Below, piece by piece: positions 12,821 through 26,000 of a stretch of 64,000 nt of DNA. Under the pieces are notes generated by a model. That model ran no database searches. It saw only the letters and a program-made list of their open reading frames with translations, and was not told the origin of the DNA. Position 1 is the first letter of the stretch. Each line of letters begins with the position of its first letter. Source of the stretch: Lama guanicoe. Its lineage: Eukaryota. The position numbers and the translations under genes are program-made. The stretch lies in the NCBI GenBank assembly GCA_013239625.1, contig MU053934.1, positions 6,528,399 to 6,592,398 of the forward strand. Reading direction: 5' to 3'.

Positions 12821-14093
12821 TCTGGGCTGATTTTTAGAGTTCCCTGTTCCACCATATTTGCTGACATCCTATATTTTCATAATCTCTTAAAAAGCCCCTT
12901 TTATCTATATACCACCACCCTAGTTGCAGTTCTTATTACCTCATATCAGGACTATTTTAGGAACGCTTAAACTGATTGATCTCTCTGATACACCACCACC
13001 TCCTTGATCATGTAAATTCCCTGCTGAGACAGCTGCAGCTCTCAGTTCCTTCTTGCCTATCAAATGATGTCTCCAAGCTCTAGTCTCAGCATGGCTTCAT
13101 CTCACTATTCCTCCCAACCTTACTTCCATGCTGTTTTGATGAATCCACACAGGTAGGCTGCTTCCAAGTATGCAGCTTTCTTTCCACTGCATACCTCCGT
13201 TAATGCTGCTCCTGCACCTCCATTAATGCTGTTTACTCCCCATCAGATTGTCCCCTACCCTCACTTCTGCCTACTGAAACACTATTCATCTCTTAAGAAT
13301 GAGCTCAAATTTCAACTTTCCATAAAGTCATTCCTAATTACTTCAACCAAAAGCTAATCTCTCCTTCCACTAAACTGCTGTAATATTTTTGTGCCATTTA
13401 TGTGATGCTTGCATATATTACTTGCATTATTACCTGTATTCATGTTTTCATTCACTCATTCTTTCAATAAATGTTTTGTAGCACCATTATTTGCTAGGGC
13501 TACAGTGGCAAGGAAGGCAGACATTGTTCCTAATGATTTTTAGGGATGACACTGAATAAACACATACACATATATGTGTGTGTGTATATATATATACATA
13601 CATACATACATACATATGTATTATAATAATTACTAAGAAAGGAAAGAAAACAGTAGGATTCTATGAGTGAGAACAGGATGAGTCCAAGTTTTACAGGTTA
13701 GGAGTCAGGGTAGAACATGGCAGGAAGAGGAAACAACATGTCAGAGGATCCTGGAGCACTCTGTGTATGCCTTGCCTTCTTTACCAGAGTCCAAGAAACA
13801 TTTCCATTAACATAGTGCTTTATACCAACTGTACAAGAAGTATACGAATTAATGAATAAACAATAATAAAAGTAGGTCTGATAAGGGAAAAAAAACCCAC
13901 TGATAAAGAAGGAGAAGAATAAGTGTGAATTGCCAGAGAACAAGATCATTTAAATTACTTTCTATTTTAATAAAATAGCAGCAGCAAGTAACATTAAAAT
14001 CTCCCTCCAGGCTAGAAACTGTGCTAAGAACTGTATTTGTATCATTCTGTATAACTTCTAAATTGCATGCTGTCTGCTGTTTCTTTTCCACAG

Positions 14094-14202
14094 TGTCTTG
14101 AAGCAATGTTCAGATGTGGACCTCTCCTTCCTACAGCAACCAGTGGGATCCAATCTCTTTAGTGGTACAAAGAGGGGAACATTGTTTCTCACTTCATACC
14201 GG
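14094..14202 (+). CDS. WBP2NL: WBP2NL coding exon 2 (GRAM domain)
   Basis: ttttccacag| (S)[36 protein letters not shown] |gtaatt; 109 nt, phase fits exon 1. Confidence 0.95.
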
Positions 14203-14462
14203 GTAATTTCTACTACTACTTTGATCTGATTAACTCTACATTTGTTTTTCTTAAAATGGAGAGAGGTTAAACATTGACTTTCAAAGTATTTTAAAACATT
14301 CTCACTTTGAGATTTTCCATGTTGAGGAGTGGTGGAAGAAAATTGGTGATGTTTCTCAATTAGGCCAGGATGCCAAAGCAGCCTTGACTTTAGAATAGCT
14401 CTTCCATGTTTCAATCCATGGACAAATGGCCTTCCTCTTCCTAAGTTTCTTTCCTGTCTTAG

Positions 14463-14604
14463 GTGATCTTTGTGACTTCACACTCAATCAACGACCCCAT
14501 GTTTTCTTTTATGATGCCATTTGATCTGATGAGTAACTGCACCGTTGAACAACCAGTCTTTGCCCCCAACTACATTAAAGGAACCATTCAGGCAGCTCCG
14601 GATG
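14463..14604 (+). CDS. WBP2NL: WBP2NL coding exon 3
   Basis: tcttag| [47 protein letters not shown] |gtaagt; 142 nt. Confidence 0.95.
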
Positions 14605-14796
14605 GTAAGTGCTCCCCATCAGAAATGTACTTTGTTCCCCAAAAGTTTCCAGAAGGTTTAAGATTCAGACTTGGCTCATGTTGGAATTCAAAGAAAGCTG
14701 CCCTGCTTCTTTGGGTAGTGCTTCTCTCAGTTTTTGTGGCAGTCCTGTTGCCGGCTGTGCCAGCCTCTCAGTGAGTGTGTACCATTTTTTCCCCAG

Positions 14797-14889
14797 GTGG
14801 CTGGGAAGGACAGGCTGTTTTTAAATTAGCCTTTAGAAAAGGAGGTGCCATTGAATTTGCCCAGCTGCTGACGAAAGCTGCCTCTGCTG
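14797..14889 (+). CDS. WBP2NL: WBP2NL coding exon 4
   Basis: ttccccag| (G)[30 protein letters not shown] |gtgagt; 93 nt. Confidence 0.95.
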
Positions 14890-15799
14890 GTGAGTGATGC
14901 TGATAAAAATATTAAGGGCTTTGGAGTTTTGAAGCCTGTGTAATTGAAGTTAGCTAGTGAAGATGTCTGGCCTCTCTGGTCAGGCAGCTGGTAATTGCAC
15001 ATATATTCAGCAGACATTTCCTGAGCCTACCGACTATGTGCCAAGTACCATACTAGGTACTGGGAACACAAGATTTAGTCCATCCCTATCCTGAAGTAGT
15101 TTGCAGTCTACTGGGAGGTTACCATCTGATACCTGAATGACTAATTATACCTGATAGTCTTTTGTCCACTTAAGTGCTGGTCTTACATATCATTGAGCAG
15201 CCTCACTTTCAGCCATGTTGCCTCTGGTATGCCTTTTTATCTTCTCTCTTCTCTGGCTTTGCCTTTGCTTCTCTTAGTGGGTTTAATTTCAGTCTTCCAT
15301 GGGACTAAAGCATGGGAAGAGATACTGTCAAGCCCTGCAGCACTGATATAATGGATATACTGGAGGACTCTTTCAAACTTGGAATGCAGATAATCTTTTT
15401 ATTATATATTTTAATTCAATCTAGCCTCACTTTATGCCCCTCAGTCTCTCAGTTTTTGTATGCCAATCCATGGACTTCTTTGTGTCTTGTGCTCCCATCT
15501 CTGAGCCTTCGTGCTATTTGCTCTGTCTGGAATGCTCTTCCCTTTTCTCCCTTGCCTTCTATCCCCAACTCCAATCTGTTGAGACTAACACAACCTAGTA
15601 GAGACAGACATATGCAAATACATTATCCTGTCTTACGGTATGTGTAGTAACAGAGGCATCGACAAAGTCCTGGGAACACACAGAAGGATGGAGTGAATTT
15701 TCTAATTTAGAAGACTGACTGGATCACGATGCTATAAACCATGGTCGAGTATAAGAGATAGTCTAAATTGGAGAGGAAATGAGTTCAATTATAGACATA

Positions 15800-16720
15800 G
15801 TAATACTAGCTAACATTTATTGAATGCTAATCATATACTGGGCAGTGTTCCAAGAACTTTACATGTATTAATTTATTTAATATTCACAAAAACTTATGAT
15901 GTAGGTCCTATCATTATCCCCAGTGTGTAGCTGGAGAAACTGAATCAGTGGTTATAATAATTTCCCAAGGCTGGAATGATGGGGCTGGAATTTAAACCTT
16001 AAACCTACTCTCTCTCTTTTTAAACTTTTTATTTTGAAAAAAAAATCAGATCTATAGAAACATTGTGAGAATATTACAATAAATTCCCATGGACCCTTCA
16101 TCTGGATTCACCTGTTATTAACATCTTCCCACATTTGCTTCACGTTGTTCTTTTTTTTTTTCTTTTGTTTAACTATTTAGGAGTAAGTCACACAAAGAAT
16201 ATTTCTTTCATTCCTAAATATTCAAGTGTGTATCTCCTAAGAACAAGGGGATTCTCTTATCTAACCTCAGTGTACTTATCACATCAGAAAATTTATCATT
16301 GAAACAATACAATTATTTAATACATAGTTGATATTCAAATTCAAATGATTGACCATTACTATTCCTAATTCTAATACCATTTTTTTTCCCAATCTAGGAT
16401 TTAATCCCAGATCACAGATTGAATTCAGTTGTCCTATTTCTTTGGTCTCTTTTAATCTGGGCTCAGCCTTTCTTTGTCTTTCATGATATTGACATTTTAA
16501 AAAGAATACAGCCTTATTGTTTTGTAGATTGTCCCTTAATTTGTGTTAGTCTGTTTCCTCGTGCTTATATTCAGGTCATATATTTTGGCAAGAATACTGT
16601 ATAAGTAATACTGTCTACACTTTTTTAAGATTCAGAGTTGGCTCATGTTGGAATTCAAAGAAAGCTGCCCTGCTTCTTTGGGTAGTGCTTTTTTGAGCCT
16701 GCGCTCTTAAATCCTGCACC
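15800..16720. mobile_element. MIR interrupted by an old minus-strand L1 3' fragment (about 16015-16620)
   Basis: MIR core (aacatttattgaatgc...gaaactga...atttaaacc) resumes as gagcctgcgctcttaa at about 16695. Confidence 0.6.
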
Positions 16721-18039
16721 ATATTAAGTGTGAGGTACATGAGATTCTAGAGGCAGTGAACATATAGCTCGGACCTCCAAAGATGAACTGCATCAAGAGC
16801 TGATTTGAAAATCCTCAGCACACAGGTCATCTCTGGAGCCATGTGAACGATGGGCTCATTCAGTGAATTAAGGATGGTATTCCAAGGGTCCTCAACATTT
16901 AAAGGATCTTCAGTGAATACTGGGGCTAACTGAGAGGTAGGAGGAGAATCAAGTGAGTTTATTATTCCAGAAGTTAAGCTTCAAGCATTACTGGGTGTTC
17001 ATCTGTCAGCTGCTGGAGAGATGTTTAGTAAAATAAAAACTGAAAAATGTGCATTGCATGTGGAAATTTGAGGGTGTTGGTAATCTTAGCAAGAGAGATT
17101 TCAGTGAATTGCTGAGAAGAAAGGTGACAGGAGAGACATATTGTAGAAAATTGAGGAGTAAGAACCCTTTTTACAGTCACCTTTAATAATACAGGGCAAA
17201 GATATAAATGCCAAGGAATTCACAAGCTGTTTCCAACTGACAGCAGTTCATGGTCCAGATGGCAGACAGAGTCTGGAAGCCTAACATTGGATAACAGGGC
17301 GTCCAGCAGACAGAGGGAGTGTAGCTATGGAGAATCTAGGGATGTCTGGGGAGCTCAGGACAGTTGCATTCTGGGTCTTGAATTGACTCTTATTTTTAAC
17401 CTCATTGTACTGAAGGGGCTTATTTTTAGGATTATGGGATAAATGTTAGGCAACTTTAGGGGATCCTCTTTGTGCTCTCACCAAGTTCTGCTTCTTGGCC
17501 TACAAAGGTAGGTCAGAGCCTCAGCGGTTGCACAGCCACTTGGAAAGGATTTAGGCAACTTATATGAACTTGGCCCAATATCTGGAACTTCTCTGGGTCT
17601 GATTATATCATGGTTTATGTGCAGAAACCTATGCCTGCTCCCCTGGCAAGAGTCAGGTCTTGTGAGGTGGGCTTCCTTGAGGCCTTTGGAATTAACTAAC
17701 CTCTCATCATAATTCATGATCTGATTATTTGGCCAGGAAAGATTCCTTCCCCTCTGCAGAGTTGATTTGTCAAGGCTCTTTGATTTATGTTTTTAGCAAA
17801 ATATATATTGAGTACTTATCATGTGCCAAACCCTAGGTGAGACAATTGGGAATACAACAGGGAATGAGATGAGACATACATACATAGTCCCTTTCTTTGT
17901 TAAACCTGCAGTCTAGTGAGAGTCATATAAGAAATAAGCAAACATGTAAGTAAATAAAATACTTATTCTGAAAGAAGATACTCATAGAATATTGAAAAGG
18001 AGGGTAACAGGGAAGGATGTCAACTTCAGGTTTACAGGG

Positions 18040-18540
18040 AATTAAGTTAATGCTAGCTATTAAAACAGTAAACCCAAAATTATCAATGGCTTAAGGTAAT
18101 GAACATTACTGCTTATATAAAGGCCAATGAGCAGGGGTGAAAGGGGGCTCTGTTCCACGTAGCCCTTCCGAGACCCAGGGTAATAGAGTCTCTGCCATTG
18201 TTAACACATGGCTTCCACGGCCTCTTTGAGTAGCCAGCAGAGAGGGGAAGAGAGTGAAGATCTTACCTGGGAAGTTTTTGTGGGCCAGGCCTGGAGCAGT
18301 GTACATTACCTCTGGTCCTATGCCATAGGCAGCAATTAGTGTGGCAGGCCGATAATAGCTCCCAAAAGTATCATCCATGTCCTAATCCTCAGAATCTGTG
18401 AACATTCCCTTGTTTGTTAAAATAAAAGTCTTTTTAGATATAATTAAGGGTCTTGAGATGAGGGCATTACTCTGGATTCAAGTGGGCCCCCGATACCATC
18501 AAAGTGTCCTTATAAAAGAGATGTAGAGGGAGACAAACAG
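18040..18540. mobile_element. MaLR (MLT1-type) LTR fragments
   Basis: tgtggcaggccgataatagctcccaaaag..catgtcctaatcctcagaatctgtgaa..ttgagatg is typical of MLT1. Confidence 0.6.
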
Positions 18541-18552
18541 AAGGACTTTCTT

Positions 18553-18695
18553 GGAATGGTGAGAAAGGGTAAGAAAACAAATATATGTATGTTCATGTGT
18601 GACTGAAGCGCTGTGTGGTACACCAGAAATTGATACAACATTGTAGACTGACTATACTTCAATTAAAAAAAAATACACACATACACACACACAAA
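18553..18695 (+). mobile_element. Short 5'-truncated L1 3'-end insertion with TSD
   Basis: L1 tail (tacaccagaaattgatacaacattgtagactgactatacttcaattaaaaa); TSD agaag(g/t)actttctt at 18539-18552 and 18696-18709. Confidence 0.75.
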
Positions 18696-19033
18696 AGAAG
18701 TACTTTCTTCGATACTGCCATTACATTGGACTTTAAAGGATGTATCTTGCCATCTTGATAGAATCCTCACCTGGAAATTTTTTCTCAGTACCTATTATGG
18801 TAGGTGCTGTGCTAGGCCTTGAATAAACACAGGCAAATACACACAATTACCACCTTCAGGAGGCATACAGTTCAGAACAAGGGCAGTGTATGTTTTTAGT
18901 CTTGTATCCTAGGAGCATTGTTGGACACACATGTAAGGTGATGGTTAATACTGTGTTTATTTGGTTGATAGCTGCTGTACATCTAGCTTAAAAGAAATAA
19001 AGTGTCCTTATTTTGCCAAACTTGTCTTCTCAG

Positions 19034-19144
19034 CTGCCAGAGGAATGCCACTTGGAAATGTAAATTACTGGTTCGGCCCTTTGGGACTGTATGTTATTAC
19101 TGCGCCAGGGGGCATGATGTATACCCAACAGACGCCTTGTCCAG
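19034..19144 (+). CDS. WBP2NL: WBP2NL coding exon 5
   Basis: cttctcag| (A)ARGMPLGNVNYWFGPLGLYVITAPGGMMYTQQTPCP |gtaaag; 111 nt using the first of three tandem donors. Confidence 0.9.
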
Positions 19145-20779
19145 GTAAAGTCCCAGGTAAAGTCCCAGGTAAAGTCTTCCTGGGAAGTGGAAAAGTATGC
19201 CAGGGGCTCAAAGATCTATTCGCTGCTAGCTTGCCTCTAACTCTGCTACAGGAGAAGCAGCAGAAGTTTGGGGGGGTTGGAAACTGGTTGAGTCCATGAC
19301 ATCATGTCCAGACTGACATGCAGTGGCAAGTCAGTAAGTGACTGGACTTCTGTATCAGGCTGACTTTTAACTATAATGTACAATTATGGAGCATACCTGG
19401 GCAACTCTCATTAGTGGGAACAGTCACTTCCTGCTTACAGCCTGAGCAGAGAACATATGCTCTAGCCCACATCCCCCTTCCCTTTTCACACAAGCATAGT
19501 CATCATACTTGTGCTATGCCCTTTAACCTCACTGAGGACTCCAGTCCTTGGCTGTGTGCCCTGTACTTTTTCCTTTAACAGTTGTGCCTGTCAATAGCTG
19601 CTGAGTCATGTTCCGGGGAGATGCTAGATCAGTGATTCTCAAATGTGGTCCACAGGCTGTTTGTGGTCCACAAAGGGTGTCCTAACAGGTTGCCAACAGA
19701 CCCCCAAATGCAGACCATTTCTTGGGGGTCTCCTTCGAACATGACTTGCATGCCTGTCAGCTTCTAGTTTTGTATACAACTGAAGGATAGTTATTTATAA
19801 CCTTAACGGTTACCTTAGTTTTTAAGGGTTAATAAAATCTAATATTCAAAATCTAAAAGTAAGTGTTGCTAAAGTTTTATAAAAAGTTTTTGAGTTGAAA
19901 TTCACGTAACATACAATTAACCATGTTTAAATGTACAATTCAATGGTATTTAGTGTATTCACAATGTTGTAAAGCCATCAGCTCTCTAGTTTCAAAATTT
20001 TTTCATCACTCCATAGGAATACCCCATATCCACTAAGTATCCATTCCCCATTGTCCCCTCCCCTCATCTCTTAGTTTCCTCTAATCTGCTTTTTGTCTTT
20101 ATGGATTTGCCTATTCTGTATATATCACATAAAAGGAATCATACAACATGTGAGTTTTTGTGTTTGGTTTGTCTCACTTCGCATAATGTTTTCAAGGTTT
20201 GTCCAAGCTGTAGCATGTATCAGTACTTTATTCTTTTTGTGGCTGAATAGTATTCCACTGTATATATCACAGTTTGTTTATCCATTCAGCCATTATTGAA
20301 CATTTGGCTTGTTTCCACCTTTTGGCTATTATGAATAATAGCTGCTATAAACACTTGTGTATAGGTTTCTGTGTGGACTTAAGTTTTCATTTCTCTTGAG
20401 TATATAGCTAAGGTTGGAATTATTGGGTCATATGGTAATTTAGTGCTTAACTTTTTGAGGAATTACCCAACTATTTTCCACAGCAACTTCATTATTTTGT
20501 ATTCCCGCCAGCAATGTCCAAGTTCCTGCTTCTCCACATCCTTACCAATGCTTGTTATTTCCCCTTTTTTGCTTATTCTCGTTTATATTAAAGCCATCCT
20601 AGAGAGTGTGAGATGATATTGTGGTTTTAATTTGCATTTCCTTAATGACTAGTGATATTGAACAACTTTTCATGTGCTTGTTGGCCATTTGTATATCTTT
20701 GAAGATATATCTATTCAAATCCTTTGCCCATTTTTAACTTTGGTATTTTATCTTTTTGTTGTTTGAGTTGTAAGAGTTC

Positions 20780-23070
20780 TTTTTTTTTAACATTTTTTAT
20801 TGATTTATAATCATTTTACAATGTTGTGTCAAATTCCAGTGTAGAGCACAATTTTTCAGTTGTACATGAACATATATATATTCATCGTCACAACCTTTCT
20901 CTGTGAGCTACCATAAGATCTTGTATATATTTCCCCCTGTGCTATATGGTATAATCTTGTTTATCTATTCTACAATTTTGAAATCCCAGTCTATCTCTTC
21001 CCACCCCTCACTCCCTTGGCAACCACAAGTCTGTATTCTATGTCTATGAGTCTATTTCTGTTCTGTATTTATGCTTTGTTTGTTTGTTTGTTTTTTAGAT
21101 TCCACATATGAGCAATCTCATATGGTATTTTTCTTTCTGTTTCTGGCTTACTTCACTTAGAATGGCATTCTCCAGGAGCATCCATGTTGCTGCAAATGGC
21201 GTTATGTTGTCAGTTTTTATGGCTGAGTAGTATTCCATTGTATAAATATATCACCTCTTCTTTATCCAGTCATCTGTTGATGGACATTTAGGCTGTTTCC
21301 ATGTCTTGGCTATTGCAAATAATGCTGCTATGAACACTGGAGTGTAGGTGTTATCTTGAAGTAGGGTTCCTTCTGGATATAAGCTTAGGAGCGGGATTCC
21401 TGGGTCATATGGTAAGTCTATTCCTAGTCTTTTGAGGAATCTCCATACTGTTTTCCACAGTGGCTGCACCAAACTGCATTTCCACCAGCAGTGTAGGAGG
21501 GTTCCCTTTTCTCCACAGCCTCTCCAGCATTTGTCATTTGTGGACTTTTGAATGATGGCCATTCTGACTGGTGTGAAGTGATACCTCATTGTAGTTTTGA
21601 TTTGCATTTCTCTAATAATTAGTGATATTGAGCATTTTTTCAAGTGTCTATTGATCATTTGTATGTCTTCAAGGTCTCTTCTTTGGATTGGGTTGTTTGT
21701 TTTTTTCTTACTAAGTCGTATGAGCTGCTTATATATTCTGGAGATCAAGCCTTTGTCGGTTTCATTTGCAAAAATTTTCTCCCATTCCGTACCGTAGNNN
21801 NNNNNNNNNNNNNNNNNNNNNNNNNNNNNNNNNNNNNNNNNNNNNNNNNNNNNNNNNNNNNNNNNNNNNNNNNNNNNNNNNNNNNNNNNNNNNNNNNNNN
21901 NNNNNNNNNNNNNNNNNNNNNNNNNNNNNNNNNNNNNNNNNNNNNNNNNNNNNNNNNNNNNNNNNNNNNNNNNNNNNNNNNNNNNNNNNNNNNNNNNNNN
22001 NNNNNNNNNNNNNNNNNNNNNNNNNNNNNNNNNNNNNNNNNNNNNNNNNNNNNNNNNNNNNNNNNNNNNNNNNNNNNNNNNNNNNNNNNNNNNNNNNNNN
22101 NNNNCTTTGATGGTTCCATATAAATTTTATTATGATTTGTTCTAGTTCTGTGAAATATGTCCTGGGTAATTGGATAGGGATTGCATTAAATCTGTAGATT
22201 GCCTTGGGCAGTGTGACCATTTTAACAATATTGATTCTTCCAATCCAAGAGCATGGGATATCTTTCCATTTTTTAAAGTCTTCTTTAATTTCCTTCATCA
22301 ATGGTTTATAGTTTTCTGTGTATAATTCTTTCACCTCCTTGGTTAGATTTATTCCTAGGTATTTTATTACTTTGGGTGCTATTTTAAAGGGAATTGTTTC
22401 TTTACTTTCTTTTTCTGTTGATTCATCGTTAGTGTGAAGAAATGCAACTGATTTTTGAACATTAATCTTGTAACCTGCTACCTTGCTGAATTCTTCGATC
22501 AGCTCTAGCAGTTTTTGTGTGGACCTTTTAGGATTTTCTATATATAGTAACATGTCGTCGGCATATAGTGACACTTTTACCTCTTCTTTTCCAATTTGGA
22601 TCCCTTTTATTTCTCTCTCTTGTCTGATTGCTGTGGCTAGGACTTCCAGGACTATGTTGAATAGAAGTGGTGATAGTGGGCATCCTTGTCTTGTCCCAGA
22701 TTTTAGTGGGAAGCTTTTGAGTTTTTCACCATTGAGTACTATGCTGGCTGTAGGTTTGTCACATATAGCTTTTATTATGTTGAAATGTGTTCCCTCTGTA
22801 CCCACTTTGGCGAGAGTTTTTATCATAAATGGGTGTTGAATTTTATCAAATGCTTTTTCTGCATCTATTGAGATGATCATGTATTTTTTGTCCTTTCTCT
22901 TGTTGATGTGATGTATTACATTGATTGATTTGCATGTGTTGAACCACCCTTGTGTCCCTGGGATGAACCCCACTTGGTTATGATGTATAATCTTTTTTAT
23001 GTGTTGTTGGATTCTATTTGCTAATATTTTGGTGAGGATTTTGGCGTCTATGTTCATCAGTGATATTGGT
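20780..23070 (-). mobile_element. Young 5'-truncated L1 (RT domain + 3'UTR) nested in an older L1; same family as 9790-12820
   Basis: Open RT frame [40 protein letters not shown] (22105-23057); 3'UTR closely matches 9790-10455. Confidence 0.92.
21798..22104. other. Assembly gap (307 N)
   Basis: Run of N inside the young L1. Confidence 1.
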
Positions 23071-26000
23071 ATATTATCCTGGATATTAAACCCTTATCAG
23101 ATATGGGATTTGCAAGTATGTTTCCCATTCTGTAGGTCATCTTTCATATTCTTGATAATACTGGTAGATGCATAAAAGTTTTAATTTTGTTGAATGTATC
23201 TATTTTTTTCTCTTGTTATTTATGCTTTTGGTGTCAAATTAAGAATCCATTGCCAAGTCCAGTGTCACAAAAATCTACCCCTATGTTCTCATCTAAGAGT
23301 TTTATAATTTTGGCTCTTATCTTTCAGTTATTCATTCATTATGAATTAATTTTTTAATATGGAGTAAGGTTTGGGTCCAACTTCATTCTTTTCCATGTGG
23401 TTATCCAGTTGTCCCAGCATCATTTGTTGAAGACATTATTTCCCCATTGAATAGCCTTGGCATCCTTGTTGAGAATTAATTGGTTATAGATGTTTAGGTT
23501 TATTTCTGCTTTTAGACTCTCAGGTCTATTCCCATTGGTATATAAGTCTATTCTTATGCCAATGCTACATGGTTTTGATTACTGTAACTTTGTAGTAAGT
23601 TTCAGAATAGGGAAGTGTAAGTCTTCCTATTTTGTGATTTCAATATTGTTTTGGCTATCCATGGTCCCTTGTAGTTCCATATGAATTTGAGAATCAGCTT
23701 TTACGTTTCTGCAAAAAGACTGTTAGAATTTTGATAGGGACTGCATTGAATTTGTATATCAGTTTGGGGGTGAATTGTTATCTTAACTGTTCTAATCCAC
23801 GAACATAGGAAGTCTTTATTGAAGTCTTCTTCAGTTTATTTCAGTAATGTTTTGTAGCTTTCAGTGTACAAGTCTTTCAGTTCTTTCACTTCACATTTAT
23901 TCCTAGTTTTAAAAATTCTTTTGGATGCTATTGCAAGTGGAATTGTTCTCTTAATATCCTTTTTGGATTGTTTATTGCTGTAACTATAGCTTTTTTTAAA
24001 AATTAAACTTTTTACTTTGAGATAATTGTAGATTCACATACAGTTCTAGGAAATAATACTGAGATATTATTTATACCTTTTAACCTAGTTCTCCCACTGG
24101 TAACATTTTGCAGATAGGATATTGACATGGATACAATGAAAATGCAGAACATTTACATCACCATAAGGATCTTTCATGTTGTCGTTTTACTGATACACCT
24201 ACTTCCCTCCCACACCCTCCTCCTCTTTAACCCATGGCAACCACCAATCTGTTCTCCATTTCTATAGTTTTGCCATTTAAATCATGTTATATAAATGGAA
24301 TCATACAGTATGTAAGATTTTGGAATAGACTTTTTTCACTTGACATAATTCTCTCAAGATTCATGCAGCTTGTTGCATGTATCAATAATTTATCCCTTCT
24401 TATAGTTGAGTAATATTTCATGCTATGGATGTACAATTTATTGAACCATTCAGCAGTGCAGTGATATCTGAGTTGGTTCCAGGTTTTGGTTATGAATAAA
24501 GCTACTGTAAAAATTCATGTACAAGGTTTTTATGTTAACATATGTTTTCATTTCTCCCCCATTAGAATAGCTACTATCAAAAAATACAAAACAACAAATG
24601 TTGGCAAGGATGTGGAGAAATTGGAATGCTTGTGTGCTGTTGGTGGGAATGTATGATGGGACAGCCACTGTGAAAAACAGTATGGAGGTTCCTAAAGAAT
24701 TTTAAATGACCCAGCAATTCCACTTTGGGGTGTATACCAAAAGAATTGAAAGCAGGGTCTAAAAGACATTTGTACGCCATGTTCATAGCAGCATTATTCA
24801 TAATAGTCAATAGGATGAAGTGTTAGGAAGTGTTCCCTCATCTTCAATTTTTTGGAAAAATTTGAGAAGGCTTGGTGCTAGTTCTTTAAATGTTTGGTAG
24901 ACTTCACCATTGAAAGTATCAGGTCCAGGTCTTTTCTTTGTTGGGAGACTTTCTTTTCTTTTTCCTTTTTTAATGATTCAATCTTCTTACTAAGTCTATG
25001 CAGATTTTCCATTTCTTCACAATTTGGGGTTATAGGTTTTGTGTTTCTAAGAATTTATCCATTTCTTCTAGGTTATCCAATCTGTTGACATACAGTTGTT
25101 CGTAGTAGTCTATTATAATCCTTATTTCTGTAGAATCAGTAGTAATGTACCAACTTCCTTTTCTGATTTTAATAATTTGAGTTTTCTGGTTTTTTTCTTG
25201 GTCAGCCTAAAAGTTTTCTCAACTTTGTTGATCTTTTCAAAGAAGCAGTTTTTGGTTTCACTGATATTCTCTGTTGTTTTCCTATTATCTTTTTCATTTA
25301 TCTATGTTGTAATCTTTTTTATTTCTTCCTTCTGCTGGCTTCAGGTTTAGTTTGTTCTTCTTTTTTTAGTTCTTTAAGTTTTTAAGTTAAGTTGTTGATT
25401 TATTATTATTCTTGTTTTTTAGTGTGTTTTTAGCTATAAATCCCCCACCTCCCTAGCATCTCTTTTGCTGCATCCTGTAGGTTTTGGTATGTTGTGTTCT
25501 CACTTTCATTTGTCTGTAAGTATTTTCTTATTTCCCTTATGATTTCTTCTTTGATCCATTGGTGGTTTAAGAATGTGGTGTTTAATTTCCACAAATTTGT
25601 GAATTTTCTGGTTTTACTGCTGTTGTTGATTTGGAAATTCATCCCTTTGTGGTCACAGAAGCTACTTTGTATGGTATCTATCTTTAAAAATCTACCCAGA
25701 CTTAATTTGTTGCCTAATATCTGGTCTGTCCTGGAAAATGTCCCATGTTTACTTGAGAGGAACATGTATTCTGTTGTTGTTGGGTAGAGTGTCCTATATA
25801 TGTCTGTTAGATCCAGTTGGTTTGTTGTGTTTTTTTTTTGAGTCCTCTACTTCCTTATTTATCTCATATTTGGTTTTATCCATTATTGTGAGTATGGGAT
25901 ATTGATGTCTCCAACTGTTATCGTAGAACTGTCTATTTCTCCCTTCAATTCTGTCAGTTTTTGCTTCATATATTTGATAGTCTGTCATTAAGTGTGTAAA

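Noticed and set aside
11873..12970. 365-aa plus-strand ORF
   Set aside because: It is the antisense reading of a GC-rich L1 5'UTR with no recognisable domain; long ORFs arise by chance at this GC content.
21644..22123. ORFs containing X runs
   Set aside because: Artefacts of the N gap.
24557..24820. Plus-strand L1 piece inside minus-strand L1s as a twin-priming inversion
   Set aside because: It overlaps the neighbouring fragment in L1 coordinates and looks like a different subfamily, so I cannot support a single event.
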